NCBI GenBank assembly: GCA_001791995.1
Contig: MGFR01000001.1
Location: forward strand, 14,880 to 78,879
DNA: 64,000 nt
Source of the DNA: Candidatus Woesebacteria bacterium RBG_13_46_13
Lineage (GTDB): Bacteria; Patescibacteriota; Microgenomatia; UBA8517
Direction: 5' to 3'
Both the position numbers and the translations under genes were made by a program. Shown in pieces: positions 55,357 through 64,000 of this stretch. How positions within the stretch are numbered: position 1 is the first letter of the stretch; each line of letters starts with the position of its first letter. The notes beneath the pieces are model-generated. The model saw nothing but the letters and a program-made list of their open reading frames with translations. It did not search any database and was not told the origin of the DNA.

Positions 55357-55974
55357 TTAGTCCCCATTAAAGGGGTTTTCCGGGGCGGGTATTCCGCGGG
55401 AGAGAAGAGAATTTTTACAGAGGGTATAGGCTTCTTTGGAATAGCTAATCGATTTGACGATATCCGGTTTAGCGTCTTCGGGGGCAATATTTAACAGTTG
55501 CTCCTGGACCTGTCGGTGTTTAAGGGCGGCGAGGGCCACCTGTTTGGATAAATTTTTGCTGTCTACCCCACTCTTCCAGCACTCATCAACCAGGGTGCTG
55601 GCCATTTCCAAATATTTCTCGGCTTTGGTCAGAGTTGAGTAAGCCAGACCGGCCTTGCCGTTTTCAAATAAAATCTTGCTGGAAACCAATCTTTTGTCGG
55701 CAAAAAGAAGCATCAACTCCGCCTGGCGTGAGCGGTTGAGTGTGACCAAAAGCCAAAGTTTATCTCTTAGGGCCTTGAGTGGCCAGAGAGGATTGTCGGG
55801 TAAAATTCTGCCCGGATAAGGCAATTGATACTCTATCTCGGGAATAACACCGTTATCTTTATTGGCCCCCTGGTAAAAGGAATATTTAATGGAGGCGGCC
55901 TTTAAAACCGATACGGAAAGAATAAAAAAGGCCAAGAGTATGGTGGAGAACGTTACGGCCAGCTTTTTGTACAT
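55357..55974 (-). CDS. Secreted or membrane-anchored hypothetical protein (DUF5667-like)
   Basis: 205 aa with signal/anchor LAVTFSTILLAFFILSVSVLKAAS. Confidence 0.5.
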   Translation of the reverse strand: MYKKLAVTFSTILLAFFILSVSVLKAASIKYSFYQGANKDNGVIPEIEYQLPYPGRILPDNPLWPLKALRDKLWLLVTLNRSRQAELMLLFADKRLVSSKILFENGKAGLAYSTLTKAEKYLEMASTLVDECWKSGVDSKNLSKQVALAALKHRQVQEQLLNIAPEDAKPDIVKSISYSKEAYTLCKNSLLSRGIPAPENPFNGD

Positions 55975-56023
55975 CGGGTAGAAATCATACTACAACAAAC
56001 CAGCCTCAAAAACAATTCTTGGG

Positions 56024-56680
56024 TTATCTGAACAAAATTATTGGCCAGGCCCAGAGGACATGCAGGAAGATGGAGGAAGCAATGTTTCTGGTTCTGGCGA
56101 AGACAAACGCCGAACCAACTCCGAAGGCTCCGGTCACCAGCAGGTTGATAACAAGTGGTCCAGGTCCGAGTCTTTGGACAAAAAGGAGCCAGGGAACGTG
56201 GATTAGGGTCCAAACGGCATTGGTCGTCAAGTTGGCCAGCCACTCGTTGCCGGTTGCAGACCAAACTCGGCTAAAAATATAACCCCTAAACGTAATCTCT
56301 TCGGAAATTGCCGTGGCAAAGGACAGTCCCAAAGAAAGAAACAGGACACTATCGCCAATGTTGGCGCCGAAATTTAAGCCCCCGTGTTTAAAATAATTCA
56401 GGATTACGGCCTCGATAACAAAGAGCGCGCCCAACCCCAAGGCAAAATAGACCGAGGGGAATAGGTTCTTGAGGGTAATTCCAATCGAGGCCAAATCCAG
56501 TTTTTCTCTGCCGAGTAAGACAAAAACCGGCAGCAACCAAACCAACGGTTTGACTATCAGTTCCTCTATCTCGTCGGGGAGCTTAAACATCAAACGGTAG
56601 AACCCCCAAACGATTAAAAGATAGGCCGCGATGGCGGTTGCGTGCTTAAGCGACTTCTCTTTGGACAGTTTTTTGGCCAT
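56024..56680 (-). CDS. CPBP-family intramembrane metalloprotease (CAAX protease / Abi-like)
   Basis: EEITFRGYIFSRV (EExxxR) plus conserved His motifs; 6 TM segments. Confidence 0.8.
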   Translation of the reverse strand: MAKKLSKEKSLKHATAIAAYLLIVWGFYRLMFKLPDEIEELIVKPLVWLLPVFVLLGREKLDLASIGITLKNLFPSVYFALGLGALFVIEAVILNYFKHGGLNFGANIGDSVLFLSLGLSFATAISEEITFRGYIFSRVWSATGNEWLANLTTNAVWTLIHVPWLLFVQRLGPGPLVINLLVTGAFGVGSAFVFARTRNIASSIFLHVLWAWPIILFR

Positions 56681-57169
56681 CTATCTTTCTATTTTACACT
56701 CTTTGAAAGCCGCGTCTAAAGAATCAAGAATCATATTGCAGCGCTGCCTGGCTTCCTCCAGGGTAATTGCGTTTCTCTCTTTGGGAAACCAATGAAAGAT
56801 CAGGTTTCTTGAAAGCCTCCAGGTGTCCCAAAGCTGATCCGCGAGTTCTTTGCCTCCGCAAAAGCCTACCAGTTTGTCATAAACACTTTCGTTTCTTAGG
56901 TCCGTTTCCAAATTCGGGTTTAGGGCCTTACCCACCCTGAATCTTTTGCCAAAATAGTCCTCCTCACTGATAAAGCCCAGGTCCAGAAAGAGTTTTTTCA
57001 AAAAACCCTCATAGGCCTTAGCCGCAGGAAAAACCACAAAAGCGTAATCGTGGAATTTTTCTTCCCAACCGGAGGTTATGGCGGAGAGTTTTTGGGATTC
57101 CTTAAGAAGCTCTTTTAAATCGGCTTCTATATAGCCCCACCAGGCTTTCTGTTCCAGAGATTCTTGCAT
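56681..57169 (-). CDS. Hypothetical cytoplasmic protein
   Basis: 162-aa ORF, co-oriented with and abutting the CPBP protease gene. Confidence 0.5.
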   Translation of the reverse strand: MQESLEQKAWWGYIEADLKELLKESQKLSAITSGWEEKFHDYAFVVFPAAKAYEGFLKKLFLDLGFISEEDYFGKRFRVGKALNPNLETDLRNESVYDKLVGFCGGKELADQLWDTWRLSRNLIFHWFPKERNAITLEEARQRCNMILDSLDAAFKECKIER

Positions 57170-57172
57170 ACT

Positions 57173-57619
57173 TTATTCTATCCCTAAAGTTACCGAGATT
57201 GCAGTCGTTCCTTTCTCCCCTACTCCTACTCCGATGAATCCCTTTACCAATTCTTTCTCAAAAGAATAGTTAGAAAATCCTTTCCCGCCAAAACTGTTGG
57301 TTATCTTCCAACCCAAGGCTTCTAGGTTACTCTTAAAAAACTCCGCTACTTTGTCCTGGGGATCTGCCGTAGTCCAAAGAGCCGAAATACCTTTTTTCCC
57401 GTCAGTCTCGGTAGACGAGGAACTTTTAAGAGTCGCTCCGGGGTAGATTGGAAAGTCATCGGGAAAATCCGCAGAAATATTATTCTCGGTTTTAGGAGTT
57501 GAATGAGTTTCCTCGGGAGTGACTTTGCCTAAATAGCCGAATTTCCAAACAGCAAGCGCAAATCCGATTGCGATAACAAGGATCAGGCCAACAATTATAA
57601 ATTTCCTTTTTCCTTTCAT
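57173..57619 (-). CDS. Membrane-anchored hypothetical protein
   Basis: 148 aa with N-terminal TM segment FIIVGLILVIAIGFALAVW. Confidence 0.5.
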   Translation of the reverse strand: MKGKRKFIIVGLILVIAIGFALAVWKFGYLGKVTPEETHSTPKTENNISADFPDDFPIYPGATLKSSSSTETDGKKGISALWTTADPQDKVAEFFKSNLEALGWKITNSFGGKGFSNYSFEKELVKGFIGVGVGEKGTTAISVTLGIE

Positions 57620-57679
57620 CCCAGCTTACTGCATGATAGATTCCCCGCATCTAGCCGTCAATATGTCTCCAGGCGCATT

Positions 57680-59917
57680 TTGGGTTATACTTTATCCATG
57701 AAATCACCGCCCGAGTTAAAGAAATTGGGTTGGCTGGCTAGATTTAAAGCTTCCTTGAGGGATATTCATTTCCGCAAAAAAATTGTCTTTTTTTCGGTTT
57801 TGACGATTATTTTTTCCTGGCTTTTTTGGGGAATCCCCTTACCTACCAATTTATCCTCCGAGGAAATGCCGGTATCCACAAAGCTTTTCGACAGAAACGG
57901 AAAACTCATCTACGAAATATATACGGACAAGCGCAGGACCCCGATAAAACTTGCGGACCTCCCCCCTTATGTCCGCGAGGCCACAATTTCGATTGAGGAT
58001 AAGGATTTCTACAAGCACTACGGATTTTCCTTAACCGGAATCACCCGGGCAGCCTACAATATTGTCTTTAAAGGTAAACTCCAGGGGGGCTCCACCCTAA
58101 CCCAACAGCTGGTAAAAAATTCCCTGCTGACCCCCGAAAGAACCGTACGCCGAAAAATCAGGGAGTTTGCCCTAACCCTTTTGGTGGAGGCCATCTATTC
58201 CAAAGACCAGATACTGGAGCTTTATTTGAATCAGATTCCCTACGGCTCAACCGCCTACGGGATTGAGGCGGCTTCGGAGCTTTATCTGGACAAAGCCGCC
58301 AAAGACCTCACCCTCGGGGAGGCGGCTCTCTTGGCGGGATTGCCCCAATCTCCCACCCGATACTCTCCTTTCGGAGCCAACCCCGACATGGCCAAGGGCA
58401 GACAAGAAACGGTTTTAAAGCGCATGGTTGAGGATAAATATCTTACCCAAGAAAAGGCTGATGCTGCTAAAGCCGAGGTAATTAAATATGCAGAGATTAC
58501 CCCGCCCAAAGCGCCGCATTTTGCCCTCTGGATTAAAGAAGCCCTGGCGGAAAAATACGGAGAGGCCCTGGTCGAAAAAGGCGGTCTAAGGGTCACAACC
58601 ACCCTGGATTTGGATTTGCAGGAATTTGCCCAAGACGCGGTAGCCACCGAGGTGGCGAAGCTTAAGAAACAAAAAGTCGGTAACGGTGCGGCCATCGTCA
58701 CCCGCCCCAAGACCGGTGAGATCCTGGCGATGGTCGGGTCCAAAGATTATTTTGCCCAGGACGAGGACGGAAAAGTAAACGTCATCCTGGCCAAAAGGCA
58801 ACCCGGCTCTTCCATCAAACCCGTAAATTATGCGTTGGCCTTAAGCGATAAGAAGATTACTCTGGCCACCGCCCTGGCTGATGTCCCGTCCTGTTTCGCC
58901 GTAGCCGGACAAGCCTTATATTGTCCGGTCAACTATGACGGGACTTTCCACGGATTGGTGCAGGCACGTTTTGCCCTGGGCAACTCGTACAACATCCCTG
59001 CGGTTAGGGTTCTGGCAGTAAACGGCATAGAAAATTTTGTTGATTTCGCCAAGAAAATGGGTTTGTCTACCTTAACCGACCCGTCCGATTACGGCCTTTC
59101 TTTAACCCTCGGTGGAGGAGAAGTCAGGCCCTACGACATGGCGGTTGCCTTTGGGGTTTTTGCCAACCAGGGGATAAAGGCACCTTTGGTCTCAATATTA
59201 AAAGTCGAAGACTGGAAGGGTAAGGTATATGAGGAAACCAAGCCCAGCGAGACTGAAGGAGACAGGGTTCTCTCAAATGAGGTTACGTTTTTAATCTCGC
59301 ATGTTCTGTTGGATAACAATGCCCGCTCCGCGGCTTTCGGAGAAAGTTCATTTTTAAACGTCAAGGGACATCCCGAAGTCTCGGTAAAAACAGGCACCAC
59401 CAATGACAGACGGGACAACTGGACCGTGGGCTACTCCTCTTTAATTACGGTGGTAACCTGGGTCGGAAACAACAACAACACCCCCATGGGTGGAGCGGTA
59501 TCCGGGGTCTCTGGTGCTTCCCCTATCTTTAATAGAATCATCAAAGAGGCTCTCGATAAAGCCGAGAAAGGAACCTACAACAAGGAAGATGACGGGCATT
59601 CCTGGCCAAGACAACCCGAGGGGGTAATCGGCAAAAATATCTGCACCACGGACGGACTACTGCCCCCCGGCGGCGATGACAACCCGGGCTGCCCTACCCG
59701 GTTTGAATACTTTCTCAAAGACGCCCTACCGAAAACAACCGAAGGGGAAAGAAGGGATGTCCTCATCAATAAAACCAACGGCCAACTGGCGGCTCCGGAT
59801 ACTCCGCCCGAGCTAATCGAAACCCAGAATCACCCTATCTATACCGACCCATTGGGAACCATTTACTGCCTGGATTGCCCGATTGCCTCCGCCTCGGCAA
59901 CCATCCGCTACCCCTAA
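57680..59917 (+). CDS. Class A penicillin-binding protein, bifunctional glycosyltransferase/transpeptidase, copy 1
   Basis: GT51 motifs EDKDFYKHYGF and GGSTLTQQLVKN. Transpeptidase motifs SSIKP, SYN, and KTGTTND. Confidence 0.9.
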   Translation: MGYTLSMKSPPELKKLGWLARFKASLRDIHFRKKIVFFSVLTIIFSWLFWGIPLPTNLSSEEMPVSTKLFDRNGKLIYEIYTDKRRTPIKLADLPPYVREATISIEDKDFYKHYGFSLTGITRAAYNIVFKGKLQGGSTLTQQLVKNSLLTPERTVRRKIREFALTLLVEAIYSKDQILELYLNQIPYGSTAYGIEAASELYLDKAAKDLTLGEAALLAGLPQSPTRYSPFGANPDMAKGRQETVLKRMVEDKYLTQEKADAAKAEVIKYAEITPPKAPHFALWIKEALAEKYGEALVEKGGLRVTTTLDLDLQEFAQDAVATEVAKLKKQKVGNGAAIVTRPKTGEILAMVGSKDYFAQDEDGKVNVILAKRQPGSSIKPVNYALALSDKKITLATALADVPSCFAVAGQALYCPVNYDGTFHGLVQARFALGNSYNIPAVRVLAVNGIENFVDFAKKMGLSTLTDPSDYGLSLTLGGGEVRPYDMAVAFGVFANQGIKAPLVSILKVEDWKGKVYEETKPSETEGDRVLSNEVTFLISHVLLDNNARSAAFGESSFLNVKGHPEVSVKTGTTNDRRDNWTVGYSSLITVVTWVGNNNNTPMGGAVSGVSGASPIFNRIIKEALDKAEKGTYNKEDDGHSWPRQPEGVIGKNICTTDGLLPPGGDDNPGCPTRFEYFLKDALPKTTEGERRDVLINKTNGQLAAPDTPPELIETQNHPIYTDPLGTIYCLDCPIASASATIRYP

Positions 59918-59959
59918 GGCTCTTTGTAAGGAAGCTGCGACCTGATAAAATACCGTGCA

Positions 59960-62200
59960 GTGGCGAAAAAAGCCAGAAAGATAACCAATGTCTACCTTGC
60001 CCCAAGAGTAAATAAACAAGTCCCCACTTTCATTGCGGGACTCTTGAGATTTGTCGGAAAACCTTTCTACTACATTCTCTCCGGTCTAATTCTGGCTCTC
60101 GCATTTTTCTTCTCCGTCTGTGTCAGGCTGGCCAAAAAAATTCTGGGCATCAGGATAAAGATTCCCAGACCCAAACCTGTATTGTTGTTGCCGGTTCTGT
60201 TTATTGTTGTCCTTGTTCTTTCCTTCTGGTTCTATGTGTTAAGGGCTCTACCCTCCCCCATAGAGCTTGTCACCCGCAATCAGGAAATCTCCACCAAGAT
60301 CTATGACCGAAACGGAGTTCTGCTGTATAAGATATACAAAAATAAGAATAGAACCCCGGTTGAGCTTGCCCAAATTCCCGCTCAAGTCCAGGCAGCAACC
60401 CTGGCAGCCGAAGATGCGGAATTTTATAACCACATCGGTTTTTCCCCACGCGGAATATTTCGCTCGCTGGTCAAAAATATCAAAAAAGGAGAACTTTCCG
60501 GAGGCTCCACTATCACCCAGCAACTAGTTAAAAACGCTCTCTTATCCCCCGAGAAAACCTTAACCCGAAAACTCAAAGAGCTGATTCTTTCCGTCGAGGT
60601 TGAGATGACCTTTACTAAAGCAAGTATTCTTGAGATGTATTTGAACGAAGTTCCCTACGGGGGTACCGCTTATGGAATCCAGGAGGCCAGCCGTCTTTAT
60701 TTCGGCAAAGACGTAGGCGCCCTCACCCTGGCCGAGGCGGCCCTTCTGGCGGGACTACCCAAATCTCCCACCAAGTTTTCTCCGTTTGGACCCAATCCGG
60801 AGCTGGCCATCCAAAGGCAAAAAGAGGTGCTCTCCTTAATGAGAATCAACGGTTTTATCAACCCCCAGGAAGAAGAGGCGGCCTTAAAAGAAAAGATTGT
60901 TTTTGCTCCCAATAGAATCGATATCAAAGCGCCGCATTTTGTGATGTTTGTCCGAAGCGCCCTGGTTGAGAAATACGGCGAGGAACTGGTCGAGCAGGGC
61001 GGGCTTGAGGTGACCACCACGCTGGATTATTCGATCCAAAAACTCGCCGAGGAGGCGGTTGCCCAAGAGGTCAGGGGGCTAACCTCCTTAAACGTCAAAA
61101 ACGGAGCCGCCCTGGTTCTTGACCCAACTACCGGTGAGGTATTGGCCATGGTGGGTTCGAAAGATTATTTCGATACCTCCTCCGACGGCAACGTCAATAT
61201 TCTAACCTCTTTAAGACAACCCGGCTCCTCTATTAAAGTCGTCAATTATGCCTATGCTTTGGGACACGGCTATACCCCGGCCAGCCTACTGGATGATTCG
61301 CCCGTCACCTTTTCGGTCTCCGGACAGCCACCCTATACTCCCAGAAACTATGACAGCAGATACCGGGGCAGAATTCCTCTACGTTCGGCTTTAGCCGAAT
61401 CAAGGAACATCCCGGCCGTTAAGGTCCTTGCTTCCTACGGTGTGGGCAAAATGATTGAATTGGGCAAGGCCATGGGTATCACCACCTGGAACGATCCTTC
61501 CAGATACGGCTTATCTTTAACTTTAGGGGGAGGCGAAATAAAGATACTGGATTTAGCCAGGGTTTACGCCACCATCGCCAACTACGGAGTCAGGCCGGAG
61601 ATTGCCACAATCGCCAAAATCAGCGATTACAAAGGCAGAATCCTTGAAGAAAATTCCTGTAACGGGGATTGCCAGGGCAAAGCGGTTCTTGATGCGCGGA
61701 TTGCCTTTAGCCTGATCGACATCCTCAAAGACAATGTAGCCAGGACTCCCGCCTTCGGGGCCCGCTCTTCCTTGGTAATTCCGAATCATCCGGAGGTCGC
61801 GGTTAAAACCGGGACAAGTAATGATCTGAAGGATAATCTGACCCTGGGTTTCACCCAGAAATATTTGGTTGCGACCTGGGTAGGCAATAACGACAATTCT
61901 CCCATGGCGAGAATTGCCTCGGGTGTGACCGGTGCGGCCCCCATCTTTAATCGGATTATGACGGCAATCCTAAAGGATAAAGACTCGGTTTCCTGGGACG
62001 TACCGGTCGGGATAGACAAAGTCACGATTTGCTCCTTAACTGGGACTCTGCCTTGTTCGGGATGTGCGCTTTACTCCGAGTGGTTTCTCAAAGAAAACGT
62101 TCCCCAAAAAGCCTGCAGTCCCGAACAGATAGGTAAAATCAAAGAAGAGAAAAAGTCGGAGGGAAAAATATTAGAGCCAGCAGCCGCAACCCAGCGCTAA
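59960..62200 (+). CDS. Class A penicillin-binding protein, copy 2 (tandem paralog)
   Basis: EDAEFYNHIGF, GGSTITQQLVKN, SSIKV, and KTGTSND. It is collinear with copy 1 throughout. Confidence 0.9.
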   Translation: MAKKARKITNVYLAPRVNKQVPTFIAGLLRFVGKPFYYILSGLILALAFFFSVCVRLAKKILGIRIKIPRPKPVLLLPVLFIVVLVLSFWFYVLRALPSPIELVTRNQEISTKIYDRNGVLLYKIYKNKNRTPVELAQIPAQVQAATLAAEDAEFYNHIGFSPRGIFRSLVKNIKKGELSGGSTITQQLVKNALLSPEKTLTRKLKELILSVEVEMTFTKASILEMYLNEVPYGGTAYGIQEASRLYFGKDVGALTLAEAALLAGLPKSPTKFSPFGPNPELAIQRQKEVLSLMRINGFINPQEEEAALKEKIVFAPNRIDIKAPHFVMFVRSALVEKYGEELVEQGGLEVTTTLDYSIQKLAEEAVAQEVRGLTSLNVKNGAALVLDPTTGEVLAMVGSKDYFDTSSDGNVNILTSLRQPGSSIKVVNYAYALGHGYTPASLLDDSPVTFSVSGQPPYTPRNYDSRYRGRIPLRSALAESRNIPAVKVLASYGVGKMIELGKAMGITTWNDPSRYGLSLTLGGGEIKILDLARVYATIANYGVRPEIATIAKISDYKGRILEENSCNGDCQGKAVLDARIAFSLIDILKDNVARTPAFGARSSLVIPNHPEVAVKTGTSNDLKDNLTLGFTQKYLVATWVGNNDNSPMARIASGVTGAAPIFNRIMTAILKDKDSVSWDVPVGIDKVTICSLTGTLPCSGCALYSEWFLKENVPQKACSPEQIGKIKEEKKSEGKILEPAAATQR

Positions 62201-63264
62201 CGGATTTCCGCCTCGTAGATTAACCTGGCCAGCTCGGGAAATAACGTGTCGGCTTCCTTCTCAATAATTCCCTTGGTCATAATCACCAAGACAAACGGTT
62301 TATCGCTAAAGACGATTCCCGCGTCGTTAATCACGTGGACTTCCCGACCGTACTTATGGGCAACCCTAACCTGGGGAATTCCTTTGACCAGCCAGTCGTT
62401 ATAGATAGTATCGGTCAGGTAGTTTAAGATTTCATCCCTGGAATCTTCCGTTACTATTTCTTTGTTCCAAAGTTTCTGAAAAAAGAGGGCAATATCGGCC
62501 GGGGTTGTTTCGTTTTCGGCAAGCGACGTATCCACCATACCTATTTTGGCTATTTCTTGATTGATGGCCCCATCTCCCAGGGTTCTTTTGACTATTCCGA
62601 AGGCCGTATTGTCCGATTGCTTACCCATCAACTCTGCCATCTGCCGATAAGTAATTACTGTCCCGGCCGGCTTGGCCGCTAAGCTCCCTGCTCCGGCTAT
62701 CTTGTCGGAGGCCTTGAGAGTGTATTTAGCGTCAAGATCAATTTTGCCGGCTTCGGCTTGTGAATAAAGGGTTGCCAGAATCGGAAGTTTAATGAGTGAG
62801 GCCGCTTGCATAATTTTATCTTGGGATACCCCGTAGGAAAATCCGTCGCCGAGTCTTAATACCTCAAAGGCATAGATGCCAGAGAACTCATCCGTTTTCC
62901 CTTCGAAAGCGGTAACTGTTTTTTCGGCCTTTTCTTTTTCGGATTTATTGGCGGTAATAATGATTACCTCTTCCTTAAAAGAAGGCCAACTAATTTTTGG
63001 AAAACCCGGCAGTTTCCAACTTCTGGCCGAAGCGGCGAGGGTTAGGGAGAGGATTACGCTTCCCAATAAAAACCCCAACACCAGATAACGTTCTTTTTTA
63101 CCCCAAGGCTTGGGCGGTTCTTTACGTTTTCTCCTGTTTTCGGGTTTTAAATCTTTTATCCTTCTTAAATTGCGTCTGCCTTTGCCCGAAAAAGACTCTT
63201 CGTCTTCATCGAATTCGTCTTCTTGGTAATCATCTTGTCTTTTGGAAAAAATAGACATGGTCAA
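62197..63264 (-). CDS. Membrane-anchored serine hydrolase of the class A beta-lactamase / PBP-like fold
   Basis: SxxK (ASLIKLP), SDN (QSDNTAF), and KYG (a KTG variant) motifs. Basic/acidic N-terminal tail plus a TM segment. Confidence 0.65.
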   Translation of the reverse strand: MTMSIFSKRQDDYQEDEFDEDEESFSGKGRRNLRRIKDLKPENRRKRKEPPKPWGKKERYLVLGFLLGSVILSLTLAASARSWKLPGFPKISWPSFKEEVIIITANKSEKEKAEKTVTAFEGKTDEFSGIYAFEVLRLGDGFSYGVSQDKIMQAASLIKLPILATLYSQAEAGKIDLDAKYTLKASDKIAGAGSLAAKPAGTVITYRQMAELMGKQSDNTAFGIVKRTLGDGAINQEIAKIGMVDTSLAENETTPADIALFFQKLWNKEIVTEDSRDEILNYLTDTIYNDWLVKGIPQVRVAHKYGREVHVINDAGIVFSDKPFVLVIMTKGIIEKEADTLFPELARLIYEAEIR

Positions 63265-63283
63265 CTTTATTACCCAAAAGGAG

Positions 63284-64000
63284 TTATTTCCTTCGTTTCT
63301 CCCAAACTTCTTTATTAACTAAATTTTGGGGTTTTTCTCCTGCCAGGCAATCTAATATTGCCCCCACGGCATCCTCCCCCATTTTGTTCCTGGCCTCCCA
63401 AGTTGCCGAGGCAATGTGCGGAGTGGTGATGGTATTGGGCATTACCAAAAACTCGGGGTCGATATTCGGCTCGTTGTCGTAGACATCCAGGGCGGCTCCT
63501 GAGAGCTGACCGGCCTTAAGTGCCTCAACCAAATCGCGCTCATCCACAATCGGACCCCTGGCGGTATTTATCAAAAAACTACCCTTCTTCATTTTGGCCA
63601 GAGACTCTTTATTTATCATATGTCGGGTCTCCTCCGTTAAAGGAACATGCAGGGAGACAAAGTCGCTTTTGGCCAAAAGCTCATCCAGGGGTGCAAAGAC
63701 TACGCCCAAATCTTTTTCGGCCTCGGGGTCGGGTTCGTGTTTATTATAAAGGACCGTCATGTTATAACCCCTGGCGCGCCGGGCAACCATCGACCCGATT
63801 CTGCCCAAACCGATAACCCCCAGTGTCTTGCCGATTAAATTAACACCCAGAAAGATATCTGGTTCCCAGCCTTTGTATCCGCCCCGCCTGGTTGCCTCAT
63901 CCGCTTCCACTATTCTTCTGGCGATGGCAAGAGCTAACGCCCAGGTATGCTCGGCAACGGCTTCGTTAACTTCCTCCGAAGGTGTATTGGCAACTACTAT
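63284..64000 (-). CDS. D-isomer-specific 2-hydroxyacid dehydrogenase (C-terminal part; N-terminus beyond the window end)
   Basis: NAD-binding GVIGLGRIGSMVARRA. The catalytic region has R (ARGP), E, and the His in HIASAT. The ORF remains open to position 64000. Confidence 0.8.
   Translation of the reverse strand: MVVANTPSEEVNEAVAEHTWALALAIARRIVEADEATRRGGYKGWEPDIFLGVNLIGKTLGVIGLGRIGSMVARRARGYNMTVLYNKHEPDPEAEKDLGVVFAPLDELLAKSDFVSLHVPLTEETRHMINKESLAKMKKGSFLINTARGPIVDERDLVEALKAGQLSGAALDVYDNEPNIDPEFLVMPNTITTPHIASATWEARNKMGEDAVGAILDCLAGEKPQNLVNKEVWEKRRK

Overview
This 64 kb window looks like a Patescibacteria/CPR-type bacterial genome. The case for that is a short 365-aa S1 protein, an ATP-dependent DNA ligase, many sortase- or membrane-anchored hypothetical proteins, tRNAs whose CCA is mostly not encoded, and few Shine-Dalgarno sites. 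Coding is dense and mostly on the minus strand. The recognisable content falls into a few groups.

- **rRNA and tRNA genes.** One 16S, one 23S and one 5S rRNA gene are all on the minus strand. The 16S is separated from tRNA-Ala-23S-5S by about 6.6 kb. Seven tRNAs are present: Ala-UGC, Ile-GAU, Glu-UUC, Lys-UUU, Gln-UUG, Met-CAU and an unusual Ile-UAU.
- **DNA repair and recombination genes.** These are radA, recF, fpg, a 5'-3' exonuclease, an ATP-dependent ligase, an EndoQ-like PHP protein, an MGMT-like protein and a Xer-type tyrosine recombinase.
- **Redox and copper block.** A redox cluster (dsbA-like, trxB, trxA) sits next to a copper homeostasis locus: csoR-copA divergent from a membrane/cupredoxin protein plus copZ. 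A 19-bp CsoR-type palindrome sits between two divergent promoters.
- **Ribonucleotide reductase operon.** nrdR is followed by two tandem class II (B12-dependent) RNR paralogs and a PduO-type cobalamin adenosyltransferase.
- **Cell wall genes.** Two tandem class A PBPs are followed by a beta-lactamase-like hydrolase.
- **Other housekeeping genes.** ftsH, trpS, pth, pcm, acylphosphatase, an ftsB-like gene, a Fic protein and a CPBP protease.

The most unusual features are these.

1. The 16S-23S region is interrupted by a roughly 6.6 kb insert. It carries an inverted tRNA-Ile, a VirD4/TraD-like P-loop ATPase, two membrane-anchored proteins of elevated GC, and a strongly GC-rich Cys-rich repeat protein bracketed by a perfect 16-bp inverted repeat. 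The 16S and the tRNA-Ala-23S-5S(-rpsA) block appear to be separate transcription units, each with its own promoter and terminator.
2. A second, divergent VirD4-like ATPase paralog, this one with an N-terminal transmembrane helix, lies next to tRNA-Ile(UAU), a TPR protein and the Xer recombinase.
3. A roughly 400-nt GC-rich non-coding region is bounded by a near-consensus promoter and a strong intrinsic terminator on the minus strand. It is a candidate structured RNA that I could not assign to tmRNA, RNase P or SRP by eye.
4. An AT-rich island carrying an ECF sigma factor, a membrane protein and a secreted protein lies immediately 3' of a tRNA-Glu/Lys/Gln cluster.

All GC statements are by-eye estimates. 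No database searches were run.
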